Positions 1 to 13,589 are shown, counted from the first letter of the whole stretch. The stretch: DNA of 63,473 nucleotides, filler included, from Octopus bimaculoides (GCF_001194135.2; 4 parts of 3 records of this genome joined end to end with filler, not necessarily neighbours in it); one strand, 5' to 3'. The notes: generated by a model not told the origin, from the sequence alone. Made by a program: numbers and translations.

Positions 1-127
1 TTTATCAAATATTTTATAACCATACTGTGCATCATTGAGCAATTTTGAGAGCGGTATTAGGGCTAGACAGAAGAGGAGTCACCCTGGAAAATGCCACATG
101 AAATTCTTACATCTCCAGCATTTAGAG
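1..127 (-). mobile_element. R4/Dong-clade non-LTR retrotransposon, 5'-truncated RT fragment running off the window edge
   Basis: Minus strand translates LNAGDVRISCGIFQGDS, then after a frameshift FCLALIPLSKLLNDAQYGYKIFDK. This is the RT GIFQGD motif; the expected SPL residues are missing. It begins directly after the (TAA)n array. Confidence 0.8.

Positions 128-202
<75 letters not shown>
128..202. repeat. (ATT/TAA)25 microsatellite between two R4/Dong pieces
   Basis: Direct reading. Confidence 0.98.
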
Positions 203-1085
203 TACTTTTAATCTGCATGTTTGTTAGAATCACTCGCTGAGAAAAACCCAGCGATCTAGGGTGAGTGGCGAATGAGAGATGGTACAGTATGACTGAATGC
301 TTGGGGTGGGGAAGTGATGAGGCAGTATCGAAATAGCTTCATCTAATACAACACATACATTTAAATTGATAGGATTTCTCTAGAGATGTGGGCAGTACAT
401 GTCAGCAAAATCTTCTGGATTGCTATGAGATATAGTTCTCCTCAGATTTTATCTAGATGTTTATAACATCCCTTTCCTATCATGCCAAGGGCACCCACAA
501 TAACAGCAACCGTTCTCGCTTTAAGATGCTTGTTTCCAGGTCCTTATATTTATCTAATTTGTCAAATTCCTTTACGGATAAAGTTTTGTCAGTGTGAACA
601 TTTACATCTATTAGTGTACAAGTATTCTCTTCTCAGATTTTAATGACTATGTCTGGTCGATTAACCTGGATTGTTCTGACGGTGTTGACTGGAACATCCC
701 AGAGAATAGTGACATCTTTACCTTCAACGACAGGCTTAGGATGATGTTCATACCAGTAAGCAGTAGTGCTGATTTTGTATAGTTTACATATTTTCTAATG
801 TCCTACGATAACGATGGATGTCTGCCTTTGGGTGATGCATGTTCTTAGAAGTTAATAGTTTTCTTCTCTATTATTATTGAATTTTGCTTTGTCTATTGCT
901 TTTCTGTTTAGTTTAACCCAATATTTGCCATGTATGGGACTTTTCTTGCTATCATTTTATCATGACCCGTTGTTGTTCTAATTTTAGTTTAGATTTCTAT
1001 TGTTTTACAGCTCTAGTTGTTCCTTTTTTTCTTTATAGTCTTAGGTACTATGACTTTTTTTTGTATTTTCAGATTCCTTAAAAAC
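203..1085 (-). mobile_element. R4/Dong-clade retrotransposon 3' end: restriction-like endonuclease region plus 3' UTR, degenerate
   Basis: Minus strand gives PIHGKYWVKLN...H*KICKLYKISTTAYWYEHHPKPVVEGKDVTILWDVPV...NRPDIVIKI*EENTCTLIDV...KYKDLE...VAVIVGALGMI...IQKILLTCTAHISREILSI* (stop 361-363). RPD..LID..K is the PD-(D/E)xK RLE motif. The 3' UTR ends in (TAA)n. Confidence 0.9.
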
Positions 1086-1099
1086 AGAAATCAGTGTGT

Positions 1100-1280
1100 T
1101 ATTTTGTTCACGTTTTGTGGCTGTTAGTATCACACCTTTCCCTCACACACCCTATTGTCCACACCTTACTGCCAGTAACTTTTGGTTCTATCCTACGTTG
1201 AACAAGATGGAGAATATAAAAAAGTGTTGTGGAAACTCTTGGGCTTACATGATGAAGCTGGAACGCAAGAACCAGTTAAA
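1100..1280 (+). mobile_element. Degenerate mariner transposase C-terminal fragment
   Basis: PHTPYCPHLTASNFWFYPTL (1141-1200) matches the mariner PHPPYSPDLAPSDFWLFPKL motif at 11 of 20 positions. Downstream KLERKNQ resembles the terminal helix. Confidence 0.6.
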
Positions 1281-1331
1281 TGTTCCTAATTGGATAGATA
1301 TTGGGGTTTGTACTTCTCTGAAATTCATTAT

Positions 1332-1332
<1 letters not shown>

Positions 1333-1384
<52 letters not shown>
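1333..1384. repeat. (GATA)n microsatellite
   Basis: Direct reading. Confidence 0.95.
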
Positions 1385-1637
1385 CAAAAGTACGATACAT
1401 ATAAATATATAACGTTGTATTTTAAATACCTTGTACGAAATATCAAAATGTTTACTGATGTACGCATACAGACATACAGATATTGAGATAGACATACATT
1501 CTCAATTATATATGTATATATATATATATGTTTTGTGATTTTAATTTTGATCGTGAAGTGAAACAATTGTAGGTGAACATGTTAAATGATTAATGAATTA
1601 ATTTTTATACAATAATTCTATTGTTTTCTAAGTTGAA

Positions 1638-1668
<31 letters not shown>

Positions 1669-1993
1669 CAATTAAACCTTGGGAGAGGCATTACGAAATA
1701 CACATACGAAATATATATATATATATATATACAGGTATATATATACATGTATATATATATGTGTGTGTGAGTGTGTGCGCACATATACGTGAAGGGATAT
1801 TTAAGTTATCAGATAGATAAGTCGATAGATAGGAACATAGGTAGTACATACAGACGCTCACTTGAACACATCACCTTATACACACGCGCACAGTTTACGC
1901 ACGCACACTAACACGCTCGTACGTACAAATATACAAACACATGGATATGGAAAATACATACGTACAAACGTGCGCATATGCATACATACACAC

Positions 1994-2040
<47 letters not shown>

Positions 2041-2543
2041 NNNNNNNNNNNNNNNNNNNNNNNNNNNNNNNNNNNNNNNNNNNNNNNNNNNNNNNNNNNN
2101 NNNNNNNNNNNNNNNNNNNNNNNNNNNNNNNNNNNNNNNNNNNNNNNNNNNNNNNNNNNNNNNNNNNNNNNNNNNNNNNNNNNNNNNNNNNNNNNNNNNN
2201 NNNNNNNNNNNNNNNNNNNNNNNNNNNNNNNNNNNNNNNNNNNNNNNNNNNNNNNNNNNNNNNNNNNNNNNNNNNNNNNNNNNNNNNNNNNNNNNNNNNN
2301 NNNNNNNNNNNNNNNNNNNNNNNNNNNNNNNNNNNNNNNNNNNNNNNNNNNNNNNNNNNNNNNNNNNNNNNNNNNNNNNNNNNNNNNNNNNNNNNNNNNN
2401 NNNNNNNNNNNNNNNNNNNNNNNNNNNNNNNNNNNNNNNNNNNNNNNNNNNNNNNNNNNNNNNNNNNNNNNNNNNNNNNNNNNNNNNNNNNNNNNNNNNN
2501 NNNNNNNNNNNNTATATACAAACATTCACCCATACATACACAC

Positions 2544-2588
<45 letters not shown>

Positions 2589-2995
2589 TATATAGAGAGA
2601 GAGAGAAAGAGAGATAGGAGGGAGAAACAGAAACAGATAGACACAGAGAAAGATATGTTTTATAACATATATATATATATATATAACGACATGCACACAT
2701 AGTATATATCTCCATCGATCTATCTATCTACAAATATATATATATACACGAATCTAACGAGTCTCAACCTCACGCGCGCTTTCACACCAGTCCAGCATAT
2801 ATGTCATGTGATAAAATTCTGAATGATTCTAATGTAATTGCAATTTACTAAGTAATCTTAACTCTATCCCATTTAATATGGTTTAGATTTCAATACCAAT
2901 TAACACTACTCATTGTATTACGTACACTGACGTATACATTGCCACACACGAATGTGTATGTAAGAATACATACAGACGCACACCACGAACACCAC

Positions 2996-2999
<4 letters not shown>

Positions 3000-3064
<65 letters not shown>
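3000..3064. repeat. (CA)n microsatellite
   Basis: Direct reading. Confidence 0.97.
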
Positions 3065-3066
<2 letters not shown>

Positions 3067-3440
3067 TATACGTATGATACACATATGGATACATACAGAA
3101 ATATATCTGTCTACGTCTATTTAAAAATTGACAAATTATTTTAATATAATTATTATTGGTGAAACCATTTTCATTTTTTGTTAAGAAATATTGGATAAAT
3201 ATTAATTGAATATTGCCAGGATGAATTTTCTACATATCTTAATTGATATCAGAAATTTCATTGTCAATATTTTGAAATGATACAGATATGAATAGATTCT
3301 GAGTCGACTTATTTAGCCATATTGAAATATATTTCCCTTGGAAATTTCAATGAATTGGTATACTTTCGTTAACTGGTTTGTATGTTGAAGTAATGTTTTC
3401 ACTTCCCGTACGACATTGTTTTCTAATATTGATTTCAAAT

Positions 3441-3493
3441 CTTGACACAAGGCCAGCAATTTTGGAGGCAGGTATAATTCCATTACATCGACC
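3441..3493 (-). mobile_element. SINE family A tail fragment
   Basis: gacacaaggccagcaattttgg...attacatcgaccc resembles the tails at 29426, 46753 and 48318. Confidence 0.45.
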
Positions 3494-4311
3494 CCTTTGC
3501 TCACCTCGTGCTCCCAGAGAGGATGAAACTCAAAGTGACTCTCGGCAGACATTGTTTTCTAAAACAAGTTTAAAATGTTCTTGTAATATATCCTCTAACA
3601 GTATTCTGTCTTAATTTTTTTCCTTTTCAACCGTGTTCTTAAAATAAATATATATTAACTTGGTGTTCCTCCATACGTTTGCCCACCCCCCAGACTTTGG
3701 TTCGCACACGCATCAAGTATATCTAGAAAAGCAAATTTGAAAGTTTAAGAGAAAATTGTGATGTGTGTCACTGGGTATGTGTGCATGATGACTATTTGTC
3801 TTCTGTAAAATTCAGACATAATCTTAATTTCCAAACACTGAAAGATATTTGTAAAAAATGCCATTAAAAAAAATCTCAAACACTGACACAATAGTGTGAT
3901 TTATTTTACTTTATTTTTGCTTTATTTCCTTTATTCTTTGCATTGTTTTATTTTTTCTCAATTACTTCCTGTTTGTCCCATCACCTTCGCAAATAAATGT
4001 GTCCTTTTATATTCTTTCTCGGTCTATTTAAGCCACAAATGCTATCAATATGTTCTAGATGATCTTAAGGACGAAACATTACATATGGAAGAGAGACACT
4101 ACTGCATTATGTGACCTGATTACATGGTTCAGCGCCGTGGGATGCAACGAAATGCACTCCATTGTTTCCCATCCACTAAGGAGCGATGAAGAATATTCCA
4201 TCTTCTGTTTCTCTCTTTCATTCTTTCTCTCTCTCCGCCGCTGTCTCCTCTCTCTCTCCCTCTGTCAATACACACACACACTCACATACATATATACACC
4301 CACATACACAC

Positions 4312-4365
4312 ACACATACATGCATATATATGTATGTGTGTATATATATATAAGTATATATATAA

Positions 4366-4444
<79 letters not shown>

Positions 4445-4446
4445 CA
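4312..4446. repeat. (TA)n-rich microsatellite
   Basis: Direct reading. Confidence 0.95.
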
Positions 4447-5224
4447 TAAGTTAGGGTTGTTTAGACATTCAAGTGATAGGCGGCTAGACGTTTTTAAGCA
4501 AATAAGAGATAATTAAATCCGAAGGCGCTCCTAAAGATTACTTGTGTGGTTATCTACCATCATTTCTCTACAATTACTAATAACCTCATATATTACTTCA
4601 TTATAAGTTTGAGTTTCAATATTTAAAATCTAAAGTGATTATAATAATTATAGTGAATATGATGACATAATGTTAGTGATAATTGTAATGCAAACATAGC
4701 ACATTTATATGATTAATTATGCATAGGTTGCAAATATGGATCTCTGTAAAGGCATATTACTTCCATCGCTAGAATCTACTCGATCTAATCATGGTTCATA
4801 TGTTAGTATACAATCTATTTTGAAAGCTTCTAAGAAACAGGGTAATACTACATTTAATTATCTGATTTATCAATGGGAGGAAAATCAAGCTTGCGAAATA
4901 TAGCTGGTCGCAATAATATATTGTCCCTATGATATAATTAAAATGTGTTCTTGTGTTTCTGGTTAGAGGTATCTCGAAGCATTGCTAATTACAAGAAAAA
5001 AGTATCATATACATTTTTCCCATTTTTTTTCCTTATAGAGTAAGTAATTTTTTAATTATGCTGTATTACATTAGTCTCCATTGAGTTCTTCTCGTCAGGT
5101 GCAATGTCTTTTCTATTCTATTCTATTCAAAGAGAACAAATATTTCCTATATCCACTATTGAAAAACATATGCACATATGCATATTTATGTGTGTTTGTG
5201 TGTATGTATGTNNNNNNNNNNTGA

Positions 5225-5400
5225 AATGGAGTTGAAACAAGCAGCTGTATTAGTTTGACCCTCGGGAGAATTAAAATATCTTTTACGTTTCGAGCCTATG
5301 CTCTTCAACAGAAAGGAATAGGACAAATAAACAGAAAGAGAATGAAAAGAAAAATTGTAGATTAAGCAGTCAACCATGGTGCATGATTAGAAAAATAGTG
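5225..5400 (-). mobile_element. Penelope-like terminal repeat (pLTR) relic with hammerhead-like motif
   Basis: Reverse-complement homologue of 51590-51780. It contains CTGttGAaGAGCatagGCTC-GAAAC-GTA on the minus strand (5279-5316). Confidence 0.6.
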
Positions 5401-5759
5401 CCAAAGAACAGGTTGGAAAAATAGGAGATAAGCAAGTGCTGGTGATTCCAAGTGATGGTGTGTGTGCGTATGTATCTAAGAATGATGTGTACGTATGTGT
5501 AAGTGCGTGCGTGTGAATAAGAACTAGTGACTTTGACGTGTGTGAGTGCGTGTGTAAGGGTGTGCGACTATACCGTGTGGCTGCTCATATAGTGCCATGT
5601 GTGGTTACGCTATTAAAGGTTGTTTGTGATTGTGTGGGTAGTTGTGTGTTGTACATGTCGTATACATATGCGACGTTTCATTGTGCATTTGAGTAGAAGT
5701 TTATGACGCATGCATTGATTTTGCAGAGAACGTGCGATTTTGTCACTGAGCTATATTAG

Positions 5760-6240
5760 TGCAGTTGTTCCCTATTTACTATCCTGTTATTCTTTTTTCT
5801 TCCATTCTTCGTATTTCCTCTACCATTATTTCTTTATTGTTATGCAGCCCAAACTGGCATCCGTTATGTTCGTCGCTTCTCTTATGGATACGCTCAACAT
5901 ATAAATTTTCATCCTAATCTTCGTCAGAGGTATTATCCCATTGCGTGACTTCATTAACTGTGTTATTTATCTTGTGGTTTAATTTCTTATCAAATTTATG
6001 CCTATAATATTCGAGGTTAAGAGAATTTGCACATGACACCCACTCTTTGTGCCTGTTAAAAATCAGATAGTATCTATTAAATTCTAGTAAACCCATATCC
6101 AAAGTGATAAATAAGTCGTTGCATGTTTATAACCATTTTGCCCCGTCGAGGGATTATATTCCCTAATATTAGACTAGTCTTTTAACCAATACACGGCGAA
6201 CGCTTAATAGCATTAAGCTTATATAATAAAACAATTCAGA
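5760..6240 (-). mobile_element. Possible Penelope-like ORF N-terminal relic
   Basis: Weak only: NIIPR and EW...HKFDKKLN patterns, same orientation as the adjacent pLTR relic, many stops. Confidence 0.25.
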
Positions 6241-6544
6241 GAATATATATATANNNNNNNNNNNNNNNNNNNNNNNNNNNNNNNNNNNNNNNNNNNNNNN
6301 NNNNNNNNNNNNNNNNNNNNNNNNNNNNNNNNNNNNNNNNNNNNNNNNNNNNNNNNNNNNNNNNNNNNNNNNNNNNNNNNNNNNNNNNNNNNNNNNNNNN
6401 NNNNNNNNNNNNNNNNNNNNNNNNNNNNNNNNNNNNNNNNNNNNNNNNNNNNNNNNNNNATATATATATATATATACACACACAAACAACACGTGTTGTA
6501 TGGTCTTCATGAGCTTATATTAGAATTCACTAGTCCAATGTCCT

Positions 6545-6610
6545 TCACAATGAAAGTATGCAGTATCATGTGGTTGGAAAGCAAATTTCTTACTGCACAC
6601 CCACGTCTGA
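6545..6610 (-). mobile_element. SINE family C head fragment
   Basis: Minus strand gtgcagtaagaaatttgctttccaaccacatg resembles the head at 44898. Confidence 0.45.
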
Positions 6611-8912
6611 AGTATACACACACACATACATACATGTATATATGTGTATGTGTGTGTGCGTGTAGTCTATGTACATTTACGTGCATATATGTTAACTTTT
6701 CTCTGAAAATATTTACGAGAAAATCATCTTGCAAATATTTTCAGTCAAAGCCTAAAGAGTCCTTCCTCAATACCAAAAATCCTACAGATATTTTGACCTA
6801 CTCTCATTTGTTTCAAGCATTTCAGCTTGCCTTGTATTCCTTACATTTTTATTAATCATGTATTCTCTTCTTACCTCTTATATAAGCAATGCTGTATAGT
6901 GTGAGAGATTACTTTTAGAGTTTCTTCTAAAGACATGTATGAAATAAGGACTGATTTACCCCATTTCTTTACTGAATTGGTGGTTGCTAACTGTAGTTTT
7001 ATATTGCAAACTAAATTTCATCTGCACCGTGATAGTTAAAGTGCAAAACAAATGTCTTTATTTTCAAGGAAATTGATAATACTGCCTATTTCTACAACAA
7101 ACGAGCGAAAATTCCTTTGTTTCTCATAAGAGTGTTACATGTAAACACTAGCGATAACCACTCAATGATTCTTGCTTCATGATCAAACAAGAATCAAAAT
7201 AATAATTACGGTTGGTGTAAAATGCACCGCAGCTAATCTTTCACGCACCACGTTTTGTGCAGTGGCAATGCATTGGCTCTACATGTCCTATGGCAACGCT
7301 TGAACTCATAGAGATAGTAAAATCTAACTGAAACCACACAATTACAGTCATAAATAGCGAATTGTCATTGCAGTATATGAAGGTTGTCATGTGTTGGAAG
7401 TTTCTTATTAAAGACTACCACGACCAGAAATTATCTTAGTTTAACCTAAAATGAAAATAAAACTACGGTAATTAGAATTGATGAATAAAAGAAATTTAGA
7501 ATAAAAATCTTAATTTTATTTTGTATGAGTTTTTTTTGTTCATATGCAACCATAAATAAATAGCGACCGTGGTAAAGCAGCGTGTGAAGGAAACCCCCAA
7601 ACAAAGAAAAAGTCATCAATGTTTATTAATGGAAAATACTTTGTTTGAAATTTGTATGTTTCTGTACATAGAAATACCAACATAAAACTATTATATGACA
7701 AACCTCTAAAACCGAAGAAAATTTCGTAATCGCTTAAACGGAAAATGTATATAAATTTTCCTTGGAACACCGAAAGAAAGAAACTTCTAAACCATTCCCG
7801 AAGTAAAACGTGTGATATCAAATACATGCTGACATCGTCTAATCCATCAAGAACTGAGATAACGCTTTCAGTAACATTTAAAATGGTGCAGTCTGTTCCA
7901 TTAACAAATGGAAAGATTAAATATTGGAACATGTGTGAATATGGAACAAAAGAGTAGTAGTTAGGAATATAACCAGAACGAGCCTCTATTTATAACAAAT
8001 TTTTAAACTTCTTTCTTAAACTTCGAGATAACACAAGTGGAATCAGGCCCAAACATTATTTTATGTCGGCAACTTTCCACTAACGCTCGCTATAACCAAG
8101 TGGAAAATTATGAATACATGAGCCTGATGTAAATATATATATATAAGGTTTCCTCCTGTCTTCGAACTCCAAATTTATCGAAAATCATCAACATACTAGG
8201 ATTTGAGAAAAATTAAATGACAAAGGGATTCTTAGAATAAGATTGTAGAAACTCCACTTGCATTAAGATTTGGGACATAACACGATTAAGCATTTACATT
8301 ATGCCTACACAAGAGTGACACGCAGTCTTTCATGATCGGAATATTTCTGGTGAGTGGAGGATCTCTTTGTTTATATCTAGTTCATCAAAAGTTAATACAA
8401 ACCCAGTGATTTCTCCTTTTTCTTTTGCTATCTTCTAGTTCCAAGTTTTGTGTGCTGTATAAATAGGGAATACTTCATTTGATAATCCACAACAGAATAT
8501 CGTGTTTTATAAAGTAAACGTATATGTGTTTAGAAACCTTGAATGTTAACAATGCAAACCTTTTGTAAGGTTGCAGGCATAGGCGTTCCGAATTATATTC
8601 TCTGCTACATGTAATTCAGATTGTTATCTTTCCTTTCCTTTCATTATGAAACTACTGTTTATCACAGAGACGCTCGCAATTTAGGTAACACTAGCAATTC
8701 AGTTTTGATGCCTCTTGTATAGCATCCCTCAAACCCACCGCACAACTGTAGACAATCCTCTCCTTAAATATGTCTCATCTACTTTAACATACTCAGCCTA
8801 CAGCAATCAGTTTATGAAATCATAGTAATGGCGTTAAAACATATGACATGAATACTCATAGCCCGTGATCTGCAGCAGCAATCTTGTAAATTAGGACAGC
8901 ATCTGCTACGTC

Positions 8913-8916
<4 letters not shown>

Positions 8917-8983
<67 letters not shown>
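8917..8983. repeat. (TA)n microsatellite
   Basis: Direct reading. Confidence 0.97.
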
Positions 8984-8986
<3 letters not shown>

Positions 8987-11900
8987 ATTATTCCTATATA
9001 GATACCTCAATGCATGTCATATCAAGCAGTTCAATGTATTTTAAGCACAAAATGTGGAAGTCTCTACGTGAATCAATCCAACATACATGATGATGATAAC
9101 ATCATGACATTTGGAGAAGAACTTGAAAGGCAAATTCTGTTTCATGACGAATAAATAAATACGCGTCTATGCATATAAGGTCATCATATGAAAAAAATTG
9201 TGCATATCTGTAAAATGTGATACCTTTCTATATAAGAATACTGACACTCAGAACAGTATACTATGGCTAACAAACGAGATTACACTGTGTTTCAAGTAAA
9301 TGTTGCTGCAATATGGATGTAGGAAGTTTTTAAAAAATCATGATTCTCAAAATGGATTCGAGCGCACCTAACCAACAAGGCAGGACACCGTGCAGGTAAC
9401 AGTAAAACTGACACCATGCTTCGAGGTTAGTATAGTATGCAAGAAATTCGACAGAGCGAATAATGCAAAAGATACGAAAAAATATATATATACATTGATG
9501 TAAATTTCACAATTGCTCATAAAATTTTAAAAAGTCACCAGTGAAATGTTCCTTTCAAGTTGTGAATAGAGTTAAATCAGAAACATGGGATACTTATCCG
9601 GGATTGAGGAAAGAATTTATGCACACCAGAGTAAACAGTCGCACAGAAAATCTCAGCATTATGTTGAATATGGATGAAAAAGAAATTAGCGACGCCGATT
9701 GATGAAACGTCTGCGGTATTATTCCTACTGTTATTAAAACACTTAGATATGTGATTACCTGCCTTAGTAACCACATTGAGAAGCTCAGTTTCACAATATC
9801 AGCTAGAACATACTTAATCAAGTTATTGCAGCTGCAATCCATGAAAGTGAACATCAAAGAGTCTGTGACATTCGAGAATTATATCACGAAATAACTGTGT
9901 AGACACACATATATATACGCACATATACAATGCCATCCAAACTTCCATTCTTATCTTTCTTTGCACATAGATATGTTTGTCCATGGTACTTTGCACAACC
10001 GTTTACGTGTATGAAATATATATATATATAGAAATATATATATATAGAAATATATATATATATATGTATATGGAGAGAGAGGGAGGGAGAGAGAGATGGA
10101 GAGGGAGGGAGATGACAACTTTGATATCCGAATTCCAGTCTAAGATTCGTGTTTCTACTTTTCAAACCGTTTCTTTCTCTAGCTGAGAGAATGTCGAAAA
10201 ATTACTCTAGAGAAATACACATAATGCGAGGAAGGTTCACTTTTCACAACTTTTCATGAGCATCTCACAAACTGCAATTTAAAAATAATATTCGCTGCGT
10301 TCTTATTTCAAAACTCGTGATTTGTCACGTTATGTAAATGTTCTTCAATATACACAGTCATGATCGTTGATTTCCAATGTTTGTACGGTTTTATTAATTT
10401 ACTTGAAATGTATTATTAATAAATTATTGTCCATCTTTTCTGTTGCTGGGTTACCTTTTACCAATGTTTAGGATTTGTCGATCTTCTAAAGGAAAGAAAG
10501 ATTGATTCGTATGTGACAAAGTATCTTCAATATTAGGTATTTCATGATTTATGATTTATCGTTGTTAGTCTTTCGGTTGAATCTGAAGAGAGTGATAATT
10601 ATTTTCAAAATTACAGATGTCTCTATGTCGGTCAGCATGATGTCGTTTACCGTTACACTTCATTTATTGCACGTAAACACCTACAGACAAAATATGAGCA
10701 AGGAGAAAATTGCAGAGAGCCGGCATTCTTGGGAGAAGAGACTTAGCAAATTGGTAAATGAAGGGCAGATGGATTAAATGCAAAGAGACTATCAGAAGAT
10801 ATGCACGGTTGTGTAAATCCGTCCCAGTTTCTGGGAGTCAATGAAATTCTCCAGGTGTTGAAAGCTTTGTCATATTTTTTTTTTATCGGAAGTGCTGTGG
10901 CACAGCTGAGAGTAAACCTCATAAGAGGATGAAATGGAGAGATTTTCGTGACTTTCAAAATAGGGAATTTCTCTCATATAACTAGCAGTGTCTGATAAGC
11001 AGGATTAAGACCTAAAAATATGTAGCATAAAACTCGTATATCCACGTTGGTTTATATAGTAAGTATTAGCTTTTTGCGATAAAGCAATTGTTGGAAGGTT
11101 TGATAGGCACCAAAGATGGAGCCACATTCGGAAAAAATTTCAGAATCGAAATAATAAGCAATAAGCCCCATTGACACTCAAACTTTTCTGCCAATATTTC
11201 GCTCAGAATAATAAAATGTAGAATACAAGACTAAACGCAAAATTTCGTTGGACAGCAGAGGAAAGATGGAAGTTTATTCTGACATGATATAGTGATTTAT
11301 TTCTGAAAAATATATCGATAAATAATAGTAAAAATCTTACTAAAATAACCACTGAGCTGTTGCTTACTTTAATTTGTCTGGTGTGGATAGTTTAAGGTTG
11401 AATATAAGCAAACATTTGGTCCATTATTCCATTGTTAAGAATACACAATAATTCCTGACAAAACTATTTTACGTCTCGTACTATCTCTTATCTGCATCAT
11501 TCAACTTTCTTTCTTGTCATAATCCCTGTTCCTGTTTCACAAATTCTCCGTTGTTTGTTTTTGCAGATGTATTCGCTCTTAGATAAATACCTTTTTTTTT
11601 CTGAGTTCGTATGGAATGTAGGTGACAACAAAATCACATTATGCTTGTGAACATATCTGGCAAGATAACAACTTGCTGGGAATTTTTAACAGAACTAATC
11701 AATCTTTATCTGCTAAAAACTCATCTCGTCGTACCTTGTCGTATATATGATGTTTAAGATACATAACTGACTTGATAAAAAGAATCAGACTCGCTACTAA
11801 TGAGAAAACTAGAATAAAATTCTATTGTATAAGTTTATAAAAAAACATATTGGGAAACATTTACAAGATATAAATGAAAAAGCTAAGGTTACTGTTATCA

Positions 11901-12939
11901 TCGATTTATTACGATCAGTGGATAAAGAATGTATGTGCAGATTTTAATGAGACTTTTAAAAACAAATTTTAACGCGGTGAAAACATTCGGTCTGTTACAG
12001 TAGTGCAAAGAATATTGAATTCTAGTGAGGGATTCTCCATCCCACTAAGTGTTGAGCATTTAGTTTATCCGCAAGTGGACTCGAACTCATCAAACTCAAA
12101 GTAAGTAGTTGAGTATTCCAAAACCACATGTGTCAATAATATAATTCTTCGTCTCAATAAGATACGCAAATATAACTGGGCTACAATTGAATGTAATGTA
12201 GTTTCCTTAAAAGAAACTCAACGATAGTAAGCAATCGACTTTAATGATAGACGGGTTACTGTATTTAACATTCACGGTCGGATGAAAAACTATGATGACA
12301 CCAAAGCTTAAAGAAACTGAAATATAAAGTAAAGCATGGTCACATTGGTTTTCTCAGATGCAGAGCTGACGTTGCTGAATATAGTGCTTCATATACTTCA
12401 TTGATCAAAGGAGGATGAATAACGTTTAACGAATGAAGGTCAGTAAACATGACGTTTACATTATATCATGACATGCTTTCTGGCGCGTTACGTTTGATAC
12501 TGCTCCACAACTCTGATATTCCAGTAGTCTTTGCAAACAACATCGCTCGGTTTTTCTCGTACTTCCTACTATATAACCACTGCAGCATAATCTACGACAC
12601 ACAGTATTTCCATGTTTATGAAATATGTCCTTCCAAATGACCAATATTTTACTATCTTTCTTGTTCTGACCACGTAAAAAGACAAGCACATTATATACAG
12701 TGTACTTACGTATCCATAGTGCTTAGTTTGAAACAATATACAGCTGGTATACAAATATTTCATAGATGATTTTCTACGCAGGATTACCACCATTAAGGAA
12801 TATATAGAAATATACAATTATCTCTCTCTCTCTCACTATCTTTCTCGGAATATATGTGTGTGTATGCGCGTGCGAGTGTGTGCATTGTTTAGTAAAACTA
12901 CACATGAAAATATTTGGAAGTGAATGTTATACCTCCTGT

Positions 12940-13375
12940 ATACAGAGCCAGAAATCCGGATCTGGGATTATCTAGATATTTTTTCTTGTTTATTTGTCTA
13001 TTTATCTTTTCACCCATGATGTGGTTTTAGGATCAGGTTTTTAATGCTATCTCTAGCATGGTCGTATGTCTTAGATACATTTAATTCTAATTTTAAATAA
13101 TAATTATTATCTATAAGATTTTTCTTCCCATGCTAGCCACTTGAAATGATCGTCATTTTAAAAAACAGTCTTATCCTTATTTATATAAAAATGTATATAT
13201 ATATATATACATATGTATGTATATATACTTCTTCATTGTATTCACTGTTGTGGTATATTGACTATATAGCGCCAGGTGTTTGAACGGACAATCGAACCGG
13301 TCGTGTATATATGTACACAAATATGTGAGTATACGTGCGTATATGTGAGTATTGGTATGTTGTATACATATACAT

Positions 13376-13431
<56 letters not shown>

Positions 13432-13589
13432 AATTATGCACTGTGTTCGGTATAGCTCACTAATGAGGCAACGTATATTCTAATACAGAGCCAGAGATCC
13501 GAATGTGGGATTATCCAGTAATTTTTACTAGTTTATTTGTTTATTTATGTTTTCGCCTTCTACTGTATGAGTACATGATATGGTTTTAG
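12940..13589 (+). repeat. Two diverged direct copies of a ~90-105 bp segment (12940-13030 and 13483-13589)
   Basis: atacagagccagaaatccggatctgggattatc...catgatgtggttttag versus atacagagccagagatccgaatgtgggattatc...catgatatggttttag. Confidence 0.8.

Noticed and set aside
8670-8760. YSC...DAIQE...LNC*CYLN as a possible paralog of the 21523-21614 peptide
   Set aside because: About 8 of 27 identities needing two gaps and a stop, with no visible nucleotide similarity.
8720-8800. Minus-strand VKVDETYLRRG...WV*G resembling the Merlin/IS1595 VEIDE motif
   Set aside because: The match is short, flanked by stops, and has no TIR or later catalytic motifs in the right order.
9577-9900. Plus-strand open stretches (ETWDTYPGLRKEF...; NVCGIIPTVIK...)
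   Set aside because: No recognisable domain and poor splice signals.
10560-10780. Two overlapping open frames (SEESDNYFQNYRCLYVGQH...; DVSMSVSMMSF...)
   Set aside because: Several alternative splice readings and no family motif; cannot be distinguished from chance.
12456-12817. Cys-rich ORF, GISELWSSIKR motif and a gtaagt donor near 12710 on the minus strand
   Set aside because: The signals lie in different frames and do not form a coherent exon or transposase.
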